Positions 1-8,248 of a stretch of 64,000 bases of DNA are shown here, piece by piece. Location of the stretch: positions 1,414,646-1,478,645 of the forward strand of contig CBDFLG010000001.1 of NCBI GenBank assembly GCA_965249065.1, given 5' to 3'. Position 1 is the first letter of the stretch. Each line of letters begins with the position of its first letter. The notes under the pieces are model-generated. The model saw only the letters and a program-made list of their open reading frames with translations, ran no database searches and was not told the DNA's origin. Source of the stretch: Dehalococcoidia bacterium (GTDB lineage Bacteria > Chloroflexota > Dehalococcoidia > Lucifugimonadales > UBA3495). The position numbers and the translations under genes were made by a program.

Positions 1-254
1 TCGGCCTGCTTGGGCAGATTGGGTTCCTCTCCCCTCATGTGGGCCGCCCAGGTCACGTGCTCCGGGTAGTTGATGCCGGCGGCGTAGAAGGTGGGCGGTA
101 TGACCGGCACCTCAAGCTGCACCGCTACCAGGCCGTGGGACGCCCCGGTCTTGGCATGTTCTCCAAAGGGGCTGCCGGAAACTTCGTGAACCGTCTCGCC
201 CTCGATAATGCCGTAGCTGGTTGATCCGCCTGCGGTATATCGGCACCACTTCAT
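1..254 (-). CDS. FAH-family hydrolase/isomerase, N-terminal 84 codons only (gene runs off the left edge)
   Basis: Own minus-strand translation from ATG at 254: MKWCRYTAGGSTSYGIIEGETVHEVSGSPFGEHAK...PPTFYAAGINYPEHV. Same N-terminal layout as the FAH paralogue at 26668-27456. GGAGG lies 7 nt upstream. Absent from the ORF track because no stop lies in the window. Confidence 0.55.
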   Translation of the reverse strand, partial: MKWCRYTAGGSTSYGIIEGETVHEVSGSPFGEHAKTGASHGLVAVQLEVPVIPPTFYAAGINYPEHVTWAAHMRGEEPNLPKQA

Positions 255-363
255 AAAAGCGCCTCCTTGCGTTTCTGGTTATTCCCCTGTGTTATGCTCA
301 TTCCAACTGTTCGAGCTCCCGGTAATTGGCACTCGACCATATTCTAAATCAAGGAATGCGAAT

Positions 364-1134
364 ATGCGATTGGAAGGAAAGGCGGCGCTGATAACCGGCG
401 CCAGCCGCAACATCGGCAGGGAAGTTGCGTTGACTTTCGCCCGCGAGGGCGCAGACCTGGTGCTGAACACCCGGCAGAGCGCCAAGGAACTGGATGAGGT
501 GGCGGCGCAGTGCCGCGAGTTGGGAGCCAGAACCGTGACCGCCGTCAGCGACGTTGGCGACCCGGAGTCGGTGCGCCGCATGGTGTCGGACGGCATCGAA
601 CAGCTCGGCAAGATCGACGTGCTGGTATCGAACGTCGCCATCCGTCCCCACAAGCCGGTCACCGAAGTATCGGACGACGAATGGCTGCACGTTATGAATA
701 CCAACCTGAATTCGGCATTCTACCTGTGCAAGGCGGTACTGCCGGGTATGCTGGAACGGCGCAGCGGCAGCATCATCGCGCTGGGAGGGCAGTCGTCCAT
801 CACCGGGCGGCCCAACACCACCGCCGTAACCGCCGCCAAGACCGGGCTGCTGGGGCTGATTCGCGCCATCGCCGCCGAGGCCGCGCCCCACAGCGTGCGG
901 GCCAACATGGTCAACCCCGGCTCAACCGACACCTCCCGCGAGCACCCGGAATGGTACCCGGAGTTTCAGAGCAGCACGGCCCGCGGCTCCAACGAGCACC
1001 TGCGGGACCTGCCCATGGGCCGCCAGGCCACAGTGCAGGACGTTGCCAACGCTTGCCTGTTCTTCGCCAGCGACGAGTCGGCCTATATCACCGGCGACAG
1101 CGTGAACGTGATGGGTGGCCGCTACATCGTGTAG
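364..1134 (+). CDS. short-chain dehydrogenase/reductase (SDR) fold protein with atypical active site
   Basis: ORF 289-1134 trimmed to ATG 364. MRLEGKAALITGASRNIGRE is a Rossmann glycine motif, and the protein has FabG-like length and an MVNPG motif. The canonical catalytic Tyr position reads Val (TTAVTAAKTG instead of YxxxK). Confidence 0.85.
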   Translation: MRLEGKAALITGASRNIGREVALTFAREGADLVLNTRQSAKELDEVAAQCRELGARTVTAVSDVGDPESVRRMVSDGIEQLGKIDVLVSNVAIRPHKPVTEVSDDEWLHVMNTNLNSAFYLCKAVLPGMLERRSGSIIALGGQSSITGRPNTTAVTAAKTGLLGLIRAIAAEAAPHSVRANMVNPGSTDTSREHPEWYPEFQSSTARGSNEHLRDLPMGRQATVQDVANACLFFASDESAYITGDSVNVMGGRYIV

Positions 1135-1158
1135 GGGCGGACTGCTGCACGCCCCTAC
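1131..1158. terminator. GC-rich hairpin overlapping the SDR stop codon, between convergent genes (REP family gtaggggcg...cgcccctac)
   Basis: gtaggggcg (1131-1139) pairs with cgcccctac (1150-1158) around a 10-nt loop. It lies between the convergent SDR and ROK genes. No clear T tract. Confidence 0.4.
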
Positions 1159-1204
1159 GCTTATCCCATTTATGAAACTCTCTGCGGCCTCTGTGCGTCT
1201 GGGT

Positions 1205-2212
1205 TTAATTGTCCTCCCAGGCGGCGGCGGCGGCACCCAGCAGGCCGGAGTTGTCGCCAAGCACGGAAGGCACCAGGTCGAAAGCCTTGTGCAGTTCGCT
1301 CATCAGGCGGTCACAGATGCCCTGCCGGATACGGGGCAGCAGGTTCAGTTGGGTCAGGCCCTCGGACACGCCGCCGCCCAGGATTATCAGGTCGGGATTG
1401 AACAGGTGGACGACGTTGGAGAGGCCAACGGCCAGGCCCTCGACAGCGCGGGACATTACGGCGTTGGCAAAAGCGTCGCCCTGAACCGCGGCGGCGACCA
1501 CGGCCCGCGCCGTTATCCCCTCCGGCGAGAGGGCCGACAGGGATGACTCGCGGGCCTCGGGCGGGCGGGAAGACAAGGGCAGCGACAGGCTGGCGCGGGC
1601 GTAGTTGGCGATGGCTGTGCCGGATGATATGGCTTCGAGACAGCCTCGTTTACCGCACTGGCAGAGCGGCGCGGCTTCGGCGGTATCAACGGCTGTGTGG
1701 CCCACCTCGGCGGTGAGGCCGTTGGCCCCCAGCAGCAACGAGCCTTTATCCACTACGCCGCCTCCGATGCCGGTGCTGACCGTCACGTAGAAAAGGCTTT
1801 TCGGCGGATGTCCGGCTTGGGTCGCGTCCCGGCCAGCGCCGAAGTGGAACTCGCCCATGGCGGCAAAGTTGGCATCGTTGCCAACCACCACGGGCAGGCC
1901 GTATTGCTCCTGCCAGATTCGCTTCAGTGAAATGCCGTCTAGGGCCATCAGGTTGGGGGGTTGGTAGAGAATACCGCTTTCCGGGTCTACCGGGCCGGCC
2001 ACGGCGATTCCGACGCCGCCGGCCTGGACGCCTTCCAATCCAAAGGCTTCGGACAGCAGAGTAGCGGCCAGCGCCAAGTATTCACCGGAGGCGCCGCCCC
2101 GGGGGTTGGGACGGCGCGCCTGCCACAGAACTTCCCCGTGGCGGTCAATCAGGGCCACCCGGCACCAAGTGCCGCCCCAGTCAACGGCCAGCATCGCTAG
2201 TTGGTCAGTCAT
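1205..2212 (-). CDS. ROK-family sugar kinase (glucokinase-like)
   Basis: N-terminal AVDWGGTWCRVAL ATP-binding motif, the GNDANFAAMGE motif, and the zinc motif CQCGKRGCLEAISSG typical of ROK kinases. Confidence 0.85.
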   Translation of the reverse strand: MTDQLAMLAVDWGGTWCRVALIDRHGEVLWQARRPNPRGGASGEYLALAATLLSEAFGLEGVQAGGVGIAVAGPVDPESGILYQPPNLMALDGISLKRIWQEQYGLPVVVGNDANFAAMGEFHFGAGRDATQAGHPPKSLFYVTVSTGIGGGVVDKGSLLLGANGLTAEVGHTAVDTAEAAPLCQCGKRGCLEAISSGTAIANYARASLSLPLSSRPPEARESSLSALSPEGITARAVVAAAVQGDAFANAVMSRAVEGLAVGLSNVVHLFNPDLIILGGGVSEGLTQLNLLPRIRQGICDRLMSELHKAFDLVPSVLGDNSGLLGAAAAAWEDN

Positions 2213-2288
2213 GTCTTCCGTCCGTACTCAGGGTTGTCATATCAAACTGCGCACGACGTGCCGGGACCTGGCTCATGTTAAAACGCTT

Positions 2289-2309
2289 GCCCTGAGCGAG
2301 TCGAAGGGC
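2289..2309. repeat. small hairpin repeat gccctgagcSWgtcgaagggc (copy 1 of 2)
   Basis: 19/21 identical to 45689-45709. The stem is gccct/agggc. Intergenic, between the ROK start and the tlpA-like stop. Confidence 0.6.
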
Positions 2310-2388
2310 CAGAGGGACAAGCGCCCTCAACCTGAACCCGTTCGCTTGAACCTCTCGCGTCGAAAAAGAGCGATTTTGACGCTTCCGG

Positions 2389-3030
2389 TCAGGGCTGAGC
2401 CAGCAATGTGTCCAGGATATTGCGCAGCAGGGCAGCGTCCATTGGCCCGGAAAATTTTCGGACCTTCTTTCCGTCGCGATTGATGAAGAACTTTTCCGGT
2501 ATGCCCCTGACGCCGTAGCTGATAGCAATTTTACCCCCTTCGTCGACACCGTTGGGGTATTCATGCCCCTGCTGTTGCAGGAACAGTTCGGCGTCTCCGG
2601 CATTGTCCCAAAGGCTGATGCCGACGAACTCCACGCCGCGATCGCGGTATTCCTCGTAGACTTGGGCCAGGACCGGGGCCTCCTCGCGGCAAGGCGGACA
2701 CCACGAAGCCCAGAAGTCCAGCATCACCACCTGCCCGCGCAGCTCTGCGGTGCTGACTGCGCCGCCGCCCATTAGTTCCAGAGTGAACTCCGGCGCGGCT
2801 TCCGCAGCCACGTTTAACTCGATGATGCTGTCGTTGACTGCCAAACCGCCACGGGCGGGGCCGGAACTCGCTGAAGCCCAGGCCAGAATCGCCAGCAGCG
2901 CCAGAACGGGCAGGCCCGCGGCTACTATAATCAGCGTGCGCCTTCCGAAGGGCAGCCTGCCGCGCCCTCTTGTTTCAAGGCGGTTTTCAGCCCGGTCTTC
3001 GGAAGGATTGTCCGTTGATTGTTCCATCAT
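2389..3030 (-). CDS. TlpA/ResA/CcmG-like membrane-anchored thiol:disulfide oxidoreductase
   Basis: N-terminal TM segment followed by a thioredoxin fold with WASWCPPCREEAP. It is the last gene of the ccm-like cluster. Confidence 0.85.
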   Translation of the reverse strand: MMEQSTDNPSEDRAENRLETRGRGRLPFGRRTLIIVAAGLPVLALLAILAWASASSGPARGGLAVNDSIIELNVAAEAAPEFTLELMGGGAVSTAELRGQVVMLDFWASWCPPCREEAPVLAQVYEEYRDRGVEFVGISLWDNAGDAELFLQQQGHEYPNGVDEGGKIAISYGVRGIPEKFFINRDGKKVRKFSGPMDAALLRNILDTLLAQP

Positions 3031-3033
3031 TCT

Positions 3034-4305
3034 TCAGTTACCGGCTTCAGTTACCGGCGCCTCGCCCAGGGCGCGGGCCACCAACTCGGCTCTCTGGCTC
3101 AGGTAGTCGTCTTCGTCCAGGCCACCCTGCTGGTAGCGCTCGTCCAGGGCCGCCAGGCTGGCAACAAGCTCGGCCCGTTGCGTCAGGAGAGTGGCATCCG
3201 GGCCGTCGGCTTGCCCTGAGCTTGTTGAAACTGGGGCCGAAGGGTCAGCCCCGGTTTCGGAAGCGGCGACGGGCCGGTAGCGGCGGGCCAGACCCAGGGT
3301 CAGGAGGGCGAGCAGGGCCGCGCCCATCGCCGCAGGAATGGCAGTCGTCCAGAAGGCGCCGCCAGACAGTGTCCGGCCCATGCGAGCCAGAACGCCGGGC
3401 TGCGGCAGCCCCTCCAGGTGAAGCTGAACGCCAGGCCCTGGGGGTATGTCACGGCCCTCCCAGGCGCGGTAAACCTTCTCCCCTATACCCACCGGCGGGC
3501 GCGAAGTGAGGCCGCCGATTTCGACGCTGGCCCAGCGTTCTGGAATCAGTATCTGGAAGATGCCAGCTCCTTGGGGCAGGCTGTTGCGGTAGTCGAGGCT
3601 TCCGCCGTCGTATGGGAAGGTGTAGGCAAAGTCTACGCTGTGCTCCCCGGGCGGCACCGCAGCGGTGAGCGCGAAGCCGGAACCTACGGAGATAATCTCG
3701 CCGCCGCGCAGGTTGGACTGCACCGTGACGTCCGCCGCATCGGGCGGCAGAGCGAACCGCATGAAGCTGAACATTCCAGGCCGCGCGGTTTCCAGATTGG
3801 GCCGCAGCGTCCGGTCGGTGGGGTTGGAGAAGCGCACGAACTCCGTCGCCGTCGCCAGCCGCTGCGCCACATCTATTTCTGAGATGACCATGACCTGGCG
3901 CTGCACCGTGATAATTCCCGCGTCCTCCGTGGGCTCGTGGACGGTGATGATTACTTCGCCGTCCAGTTCGTCGGCAGACAGCGACCGGCCGTAGAACACC
4001 CCGCCGTAATCGACGCTCAAATTGTAGCCGCCGCTTGCCACTCGCGGAACGTCTGCGAGGACAAAGCTGCCGTCGCGGTCGGGCTGGGTCTGGCCGGTCC
4101 CGCTGAGCGTCCCATCCGGGCCGGTTATCAGCATCAATATCACTAGGTCGCCGGGGGTGGAGGCCCCGGCGGTGCCGTTGACCACCCTGCCCCGTATCGA
4201 AAGCGTCTCTTGGGCCGGGGCCGCGCCGTTGACCACGCTGCCTTGCGCCAGAATCAGGGCGATGATCGCCGCCCCGCACAGCGCCGCCAGCATCGCCTTC
4301 TTCAT
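3034..4305 (-). CDS. exported and membrane-anchored protein of unknown function (carboxypeptidase-regulatory-like beta domain, C-terminal TM, SHOCT-like tail)
   Basis: ORF 3034-4515 trimmed to ATG 4305, where a signal peptide MKKAMLAALCGAAIIALILAQG begins. It has an IRGRVVNGT...DGSFVLADV beta-sandwich-like segment, a late TM (AFWTTAIPAAMGAALLALLTLGL), and the tail LAALDERYQQGGLDEDDYLSQRAELV. Confidence 0.7.
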   Translation of the reverse strand: MKKAMLAALCGAAIIALILAQGSVVNGAAPAQETLSIRGRVVNGTAGASTPGDLVILMLITGPDGTLSGTGQTQPDRDGSFVLADVPRVASGGYNLSVDYGGVFYGRSLSADELDGEVIITVHEPTEDAGIITVQRQVMVISEIDVAQRLATATEFVRFSNPTDRTLRPNLETARPGMFSFMRFALPPDAADVTVQSNLRGGEIISVGSGFALTAAVPPGEHSVDFAYTFPYDGGSLDYRNSLPQGAGIFQILIPERWASVEIGGLTSRPPVGIGEKVYRAWEGRDIPPGPGVQLHLEGLPQPGVLARMGRTLSGGAFWTTAIPAAMGAALLALLTLGLARRYRPVAASETGADPSAPVSTSSGQADGPDATLLTQRAELVASLAALDERYQQGGLDEDDYLSQRAELVARALGEAPVTEAGN

Positions 4306-4367
4306 CGCCAGCGGGCGGCGGGTTAAGGAGAACCGGCTCGGGTCCTTCGGGAAGACCGGGAAGAGTG

Positions 4368-4931
4368 TCACCAGGCTTGGGCCTGTCCTGGTTTCTCTGA
4401 AACCGGGGCCGGAGGGCTGTCGGCTTCTCCGCCCATCGGCGGGCCGATGGTCAGGGAAGCCCCGCAGTTCGGGCAGGAGCATGGCGCGCCGCCCGGCGGA
4501 ACGGGGGCGCCGCATTCCGGGCAGGCGGGGTTTTCGCCAAGAAGTCGGGACGGCCTGATTTCGGACCGCGCCGCCAGCACTTCCTGCTCCAGCATCAGCT
4601 CCGGTGGCGCCCCGCCGCGCTCCAGTTGCTCCCTGACCGCCATGGCCGCTTGCAGCCGGTAACCCTGCAACTGCTGGCGGTACTGCCCTTCGGGGACGTT
4701 TCCCAACTGATAGTCCAGCTCCAGCGTATCTATGGAGTCATAGATGGCGTCCAGCCCGACGCCAATTGCGTCTGAACCTTCGTCAATGGACTGAGGAGGC
4801 GCAGTCACCTCTGCGTCAGGTTCATTGCCCCGGACGAAGGAGCGCCGCAACAGTGGATAACCGGCCAGCGCCAAGCTGAAACAGGCCAGCGCCGTGCCGG
4901 TGATGATGGCGAATATCGTTTGCCCGTCCAT
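4368..4931 (-). CDS. single-TM protein with C-terminal zinc ribbon, unknown function
   Basis: N-terminal TM (IFAIITGTALACFSLALAGYPLL), the motif LELDYQLGNVPEGQYRQQL, and a terminal CPECG...CSCPNCG. It sits between ccmF and the 3034-4305 gene on the same strand. Confidence 0.7.
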   Translation of the reverse strand: MDGQTIFAIITGTALACFSLALAGYPLLRRSFVRGNEPDAEVTAPPQSIDEGSDAIGVGLDAIYDSIDTLELDYQLGNVPEGQYRQQLQGYRLQAAMAVREQLERGGAPPELMLEQEVLAARSEIRPSRLLGENPACPECGAPVPPGGAPCSCPNCGASLTIGPPMGGEADSPPAPVSEKPGQAQAW

Positions 4932-4977
4932 GCGTCCAGTTTAGCAGGTTCAACCCGCGCTAATCATGTTTTTCGTT

Positions 4978-5043
4978 AACCACAGAGAGCGTAGAGGCCA
5001 CAGAGTTTTTTGTATCTCTGTGGCCTCCGTGGCCTCTGTGGTT
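4978..5043. repeat. long imperfect hairpin built from ccacagagg-type repeats
   Basis: The arms aaccacagagagcgtagaggccacagag (4978-5005) and ctctgtggcctccgtggcctctgtggtt (5016-5043) pair as 10 bp plus 12 bp around an internal loop, with a T-rich apical loop. It lies between the ccmF stop and the next gene start. Confidence 0.7.
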
Positions 5044-5052
5044 GATACAAGG

Positions 5053-7083
5053 CTAGGCGGGACTGGGCGCCGTCGGGGCGCGGGCGGGCAGGCGAGCCGG
5101 GACGCGGGCCGGTTCGGGCCACAGGGCGATGACGGTTCCCAATATCATCACCGGGCCAGCCACCCACATCCACCAGATTAGCGGGTTGACCAGAATCCGA
5201 AAGCCCGCGTCGCCGTCGGGCAGGCTCTCGCTGGGCACGACGTAGAAGTCCTCCACCGGCGTGGAGCGGATGGCGGCGCGGGTAGAGGCCATGTTGAAGG
5301 CGGGATAGAAAGCGCGGTTGGGGCTGATGGTATCCAGCAGTTGCCCGTCGCGGTAGACCTCCACCGACGAGATGAACTCGGTGCGGTTGCCGTAGGGAAT
5401 CTGCGCGGTGCCCAGATACTTGATTTCGTAGTTTTCGATGCTTGCGGTTTCGCCCGGCGACAGCACAACGTCCTTTTGCGTACTGAAGAACGAGGTCCCC
5501 ACGATGCCCAGCGCCACCATCAGCACCGAGAGATGCACGATGTAGCCGCCATAGCGGGGGCGGTTGGCCCAAATAAGTTGCAGGAAGGCGGCGGGATAGC
5601 TCTGCAACGCCCTCGTGATGGCCCCCACCGTGCTGGAATGGGCATGGGGCGAGAGGGCGCGCACCCGGGCTCGGGTGCCTCGATACCACTCCATCAGGAT
5701 TCCGGCTGCTACGAATGCTGCGAGGCCGAACCCGGCGACAGCGTATGACTGGCGCAGGCCCACCGCCAGCAGCACCACGACGGTCAGCGCGGCAACGCCG
5801 GCCGGCACGGTCAGGGCGCGGCGGATGCTGGCCCAGTTGGCGCGGCGCCACGGCAGCATTGGCCCCACGCCCATCAGGAACAGCAGCGCCAGCATGAGCG
5901 GCCCGTTGACTTGGTCGTAGAACGGGCGGGCCACGGTTATCTCTTCATCGCTGGCTAGGCGCGAGATGAGGGGATATACCGTGCCCCACAGGGTCACGAA
6001 GGCGATGGCCAGCAGCAGCAGGTTGTTGACCAGGAACGCGGCCTCGCGGGAAAGCATCGAGTCCAGGTTCTGAGCGCTCTTCAGCAGGGGGTAGCGCCAG
6101 AAGAATATGACGAAGGGAACAATCACGCCCACGGCCAGGAAGATCAGGAACACCCAGCCTAGGCTGGAAGCCCCGAACGAATGCACCGACGGCACCGCCC
6201 CGCCCCGGTTCATAAACATCCCGTACAGGGCCAGCCCGAAGGCCACGTTGACCAAAGCGATGTTCCACATTCGGAACATTCCCCGCCGCTTCTGCACCAT
6301 GATGGAGTGGATGAAGGCGGTAAGGGCCAGCCAGGGCATGAAGGCCGCGTTTTCCACGGGGTCCCAGAACCAGTAGCCGCCCCAGCCGAGGATGGTGTAG
6401 GCCCACCAGGAGCCCAACAACAGCCCTCCGGCCAGCAGCGCCCAGGTTATGATGCCCCAGACGCGCCCGGGATCCACCCACTCATCGCCGGTCTTCCGGG
6501 CCAGCAGCGAGCCGAGCGCGAAGGCGAAGGGGATGCTGATTCCCACCAGCCCGGCCATCAGAGCAGGCGGATGGAAGAACATACCGAAGTGGGTGAGCAG
6601 CGGGTTGATGCCCTCGCCATCAAGCGGCGTGAATGGCAGCTTCTCGAAGGGGTTGGCCATCACGGCGGTGACGGCGAGGAAGAAGGTCAGCACCAGCATC
6701 AGAACGCCGGTGGTGTAGGGCAGGGCGTCGCGCACCCGCTCCGGGGCGCGCCAGACCGCCACCGACGCCATTACCGCCAGCACCATGGCTATGTAGAGCA
6801 GCGACCCCTCGTTGCCGGCGTAGAAGGCAACCCAAGTGAAGCGGTCGGGCATGGCCAGGTCGCTGTGCCTGGCCACGTAGGCAATCTCGAAGTCGCGCCC
6901 AATGAAGGAAACCACCAGGCTGAGCGTTGATACAAAGAGAACCACCACCGTGGCATACATCGCGGCCTGAGCGCTCTCGACCAATGCCGCCGAGCCGCGC
7001 AGCTTCCCGGCCACCGAGCCGGTGGCGGAGTAGGCGGCAAGGGCCAGGGCGAGCCACAGGCTGATGGCTCCCAGATCACCCAT
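5053..7083 (-). CDS. ccmF: cytochrome c-type biogenesis protein CcmF (haem lyase component)
   Basis: 676-aa polytopic protein with the WWD signature WGGYWFWDPVENAAFMPWL. CcmF-typical length and N terminus. Confidence 0.9.
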   Translation of the reverse strand: MGDLGAISLWLALALAAYSATGSVAGKLRGSAALVESAQAAMYATVVVLFVSTLSLVVSFIGRDFEIAYVARHSDLAMPDRFTWVAFYAGNEGSLLYIAMVLAVMASVAVWRAPERVRDALPYTTGVLMLVLTFFLAVTAVMANPFEKLPFTPLDGEGINPLLTHFGMFFHPPALMAGLVGISIPFAFALGSLLARKTGDEWVDPGRVWGIITWALLAGGLLLGSWWAYTILGWGGYWFWDPVENAAFMPWLALTAFIHSIMVQKRRGMFRMWNIALVNVAFGLALYGMFMNRGGAVPSVHSFGASSLGWVFLIFLAVGVIVPFVIFFWRYPLLKSAQNLDSMLSREAAFLVNNLLLLAIAFVTLWGTVYPLISRLASDEEITVARPFYDQVNGPLMLALLFLMGVGPMLPWRRANWASIRRALTVPAGVAALTVVVLLAVGLRQSYAVAGFGLAAFVAAGILMEWYRGTRARVRALSPHAHSSTVGAITRALQSYPAAFLQLIWANRPRYGGYIVHLSVLMVALGIVGTSFFSTQKDVVLSPGETASIENYEIKYLGTAQIPYGNRTEFISSVEVYRDGQLLDTISPNRAFYPAFNMASTRAAIRSTPVEDFYVVPSESLPDGDAGFRILVNPLIWWMWVAGPVMILGTVIALWPEPARVPARLPARAPTAPSPA

Positions 7084-7140
7084 CGTTTCCTCTTTTTATT
7101 AAACGCCGAAAATACAGAGCGCCGGCTAATCGGCATCCCG

Positions 7141-7173
7141 TCGGCATCCCGAAGGAATCGGGATTTAATCTAC
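7141..7173. repeat. 33-nt direct repeat with 7-bp hairpin (copy 1), overlapping the ccmH stop codon
   Basis: tcggcatcccgaaggaatcgggatttaatctac is 32/33 identical to 8312-8344. The hairpin is atcccga-aggaa-tcgggat (7146-7164). Confidence 0.75.
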
Positions 7174-7755
7174 TCCATTGTTTTTGCCGGGTTTAGCCCG
7201 GCGGGAAGCCAGCAGCCGGTCGGCAATTTCCAGGTACGGAGCCAGGTCCGGGTCGCTTGGCGGCTGAGTCGCCTCGGCGGCAGCGGGGCCGCCTGCCGCC
7301 CCCGGCTCTGAGGATGCCCTGCCCCGCCCGGTCATGGCCCGGATTACCAAGAACACTCCGCCCAGACCGGCGGCCACGCCCACGATGGGCAGAATCCAGG
7401 CCAGCAGGTTTACTCCCGACTTGGGCGGCGCGGCCAGGATGTCGGGGCCATAGCGGTCAACGAAGTAGTCTAGGATTTCCTCGCGGGGCCTCCCTTCGGC
7501 CAGCATCTCTCTTACTACGGCGCGCATCTGAAAGGAGATTTCCACTTGAGCCTGGTCAATGGTCTCGGCGGGACAGACGGGGCACATAATCATCCGGTCG
7601 ATGGCCTGGGCTTCCTCTTCCAGCGCCTCATCTGTATCAGGGGCGGGCGGCGTCTGCGCCTGGGCTGCCGGAACCGCCGTCACGAACCCGATGGCAAGGG
7701 CGGCGAGGATACAGAGCAGACACAGGGGCCAAAGAGAATCCTTGACGGACAACAA
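7165..7755 (-). CDS. ccmH: cytochrome c-type biogenesis protein CcmH/CycL/NrfF-like
   Basis: Signal peptide, then MCPVCPAETIDQ (the CxxC of CcmH), a YFVDRYG motif and a C-terminal TM. Start set to TTG 7755 (AAGGGGG 5 nt upstream). The track start at 7866 would place a terminal inverted repeat of a repeat element inside the coding region. Confidence 0.8.
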   Translation of the reverse strand: MLSVKDSLWPLCLLCILAALAIGFVTAVPAAQAQTPPAPDTDEALEEEAQAIDRMIMCPVCPAETIDQAQVEISFQMRAVVREMLAEGRPREEILDYFVDRYGPDILAAPPKSGVNLLAWILPIVGVAAGLGGVFLVIRAMTGRGRASSEPGAAGGPAAAEATQPPSDPDLAPYLEIADRLLASRRAKPGKNNGVD

Positions 7756-7813
7756 GAACGCCCCCTTGATATTAACGCAGAGGTTGCGGATTGCGCGCAG
7801 AGGGCGCACTACT

Positions 7814-8248
7814 GTGCAGGGCCTTTTAATTCTCTCTCCATCTGAGCCGGGGTGGAGGGGATACAAGGTCTTCTTACCCCCCTAACCTTCCTAACCTTCC
7901 TATGATGCTGCCTGAGTGGCTGGATTTTTTTCGGTTTCCCGGTCAATTCCGGCCATTTCCGGTCGCTTTTGTGGGTTCCGCCGCGGGGCCGGGTTGCGGA
8001 CGGATTTAGGGCGGGTGTCACGACTTCACTAGCATTCTTCACTGGCATTATGGTAGGGAGGCGTCACAGGGCTTGGCAAGGGGGAACTGTCAGCAGTTTT
8101 AGTTTCTCAGGTTCAGGGCGGTTGCGACGGAACGGGGCTGTCCTGCTGATGGAGGGACGTCCGGCGGGTATGGCAGGAAGGCAGAAGGTTTTCCTGCTGG
8201 GGAGCATGGGGGGGACAGGGGACTGCCAACAACTAAAAGGCCCTGCAC
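7814..8248. mobile_element. MITE-like non-autonomous element (435 bp) with 15-bp perfect terminal inverted repeats and a 4-bp target duplication
   Basis: The left end gtgcagggcctttta (7814-7828) is the exact reverse complement of the right end taaaaggccctgcac (8234-8248). Both ends are flanked by tact (7810-7813 and 8249-8252). The outer flanks gggcgcac and gtgcgccc would re-form a REP-type hairpin if the element were removed. No ORF of convincing coding character lies inside. Confidence 0.5.
8050..8079 (-). promoter_or_regulatory. promoter-like module TTGCCA-18-TACCAT facing ccmH, inside the MITE-like element
   Basis: Minus strand reads cccccTTGCCAagccctgtgacgcctcccTACCATaat. A 47-nt block is 38/47 identical to 54928-54974, which faces another gene. 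Confidence 0.35.

Noticed and set aside
7756-7866. N-terminal extensions of track ORFs: ccmH to 7866, 3034-4515, 16673-17125, 22331-22951, 27880-28251, 29252-30151, 42967-43641 and 62275-62826.
   Set aside because: The extensions are Arg/Pro-rich or overlap repeats, promoter-like sites or neighbouring genes. Internal starts with SD-like sequences and sensible N termini (signal peptides, family-typical first residues) are available.
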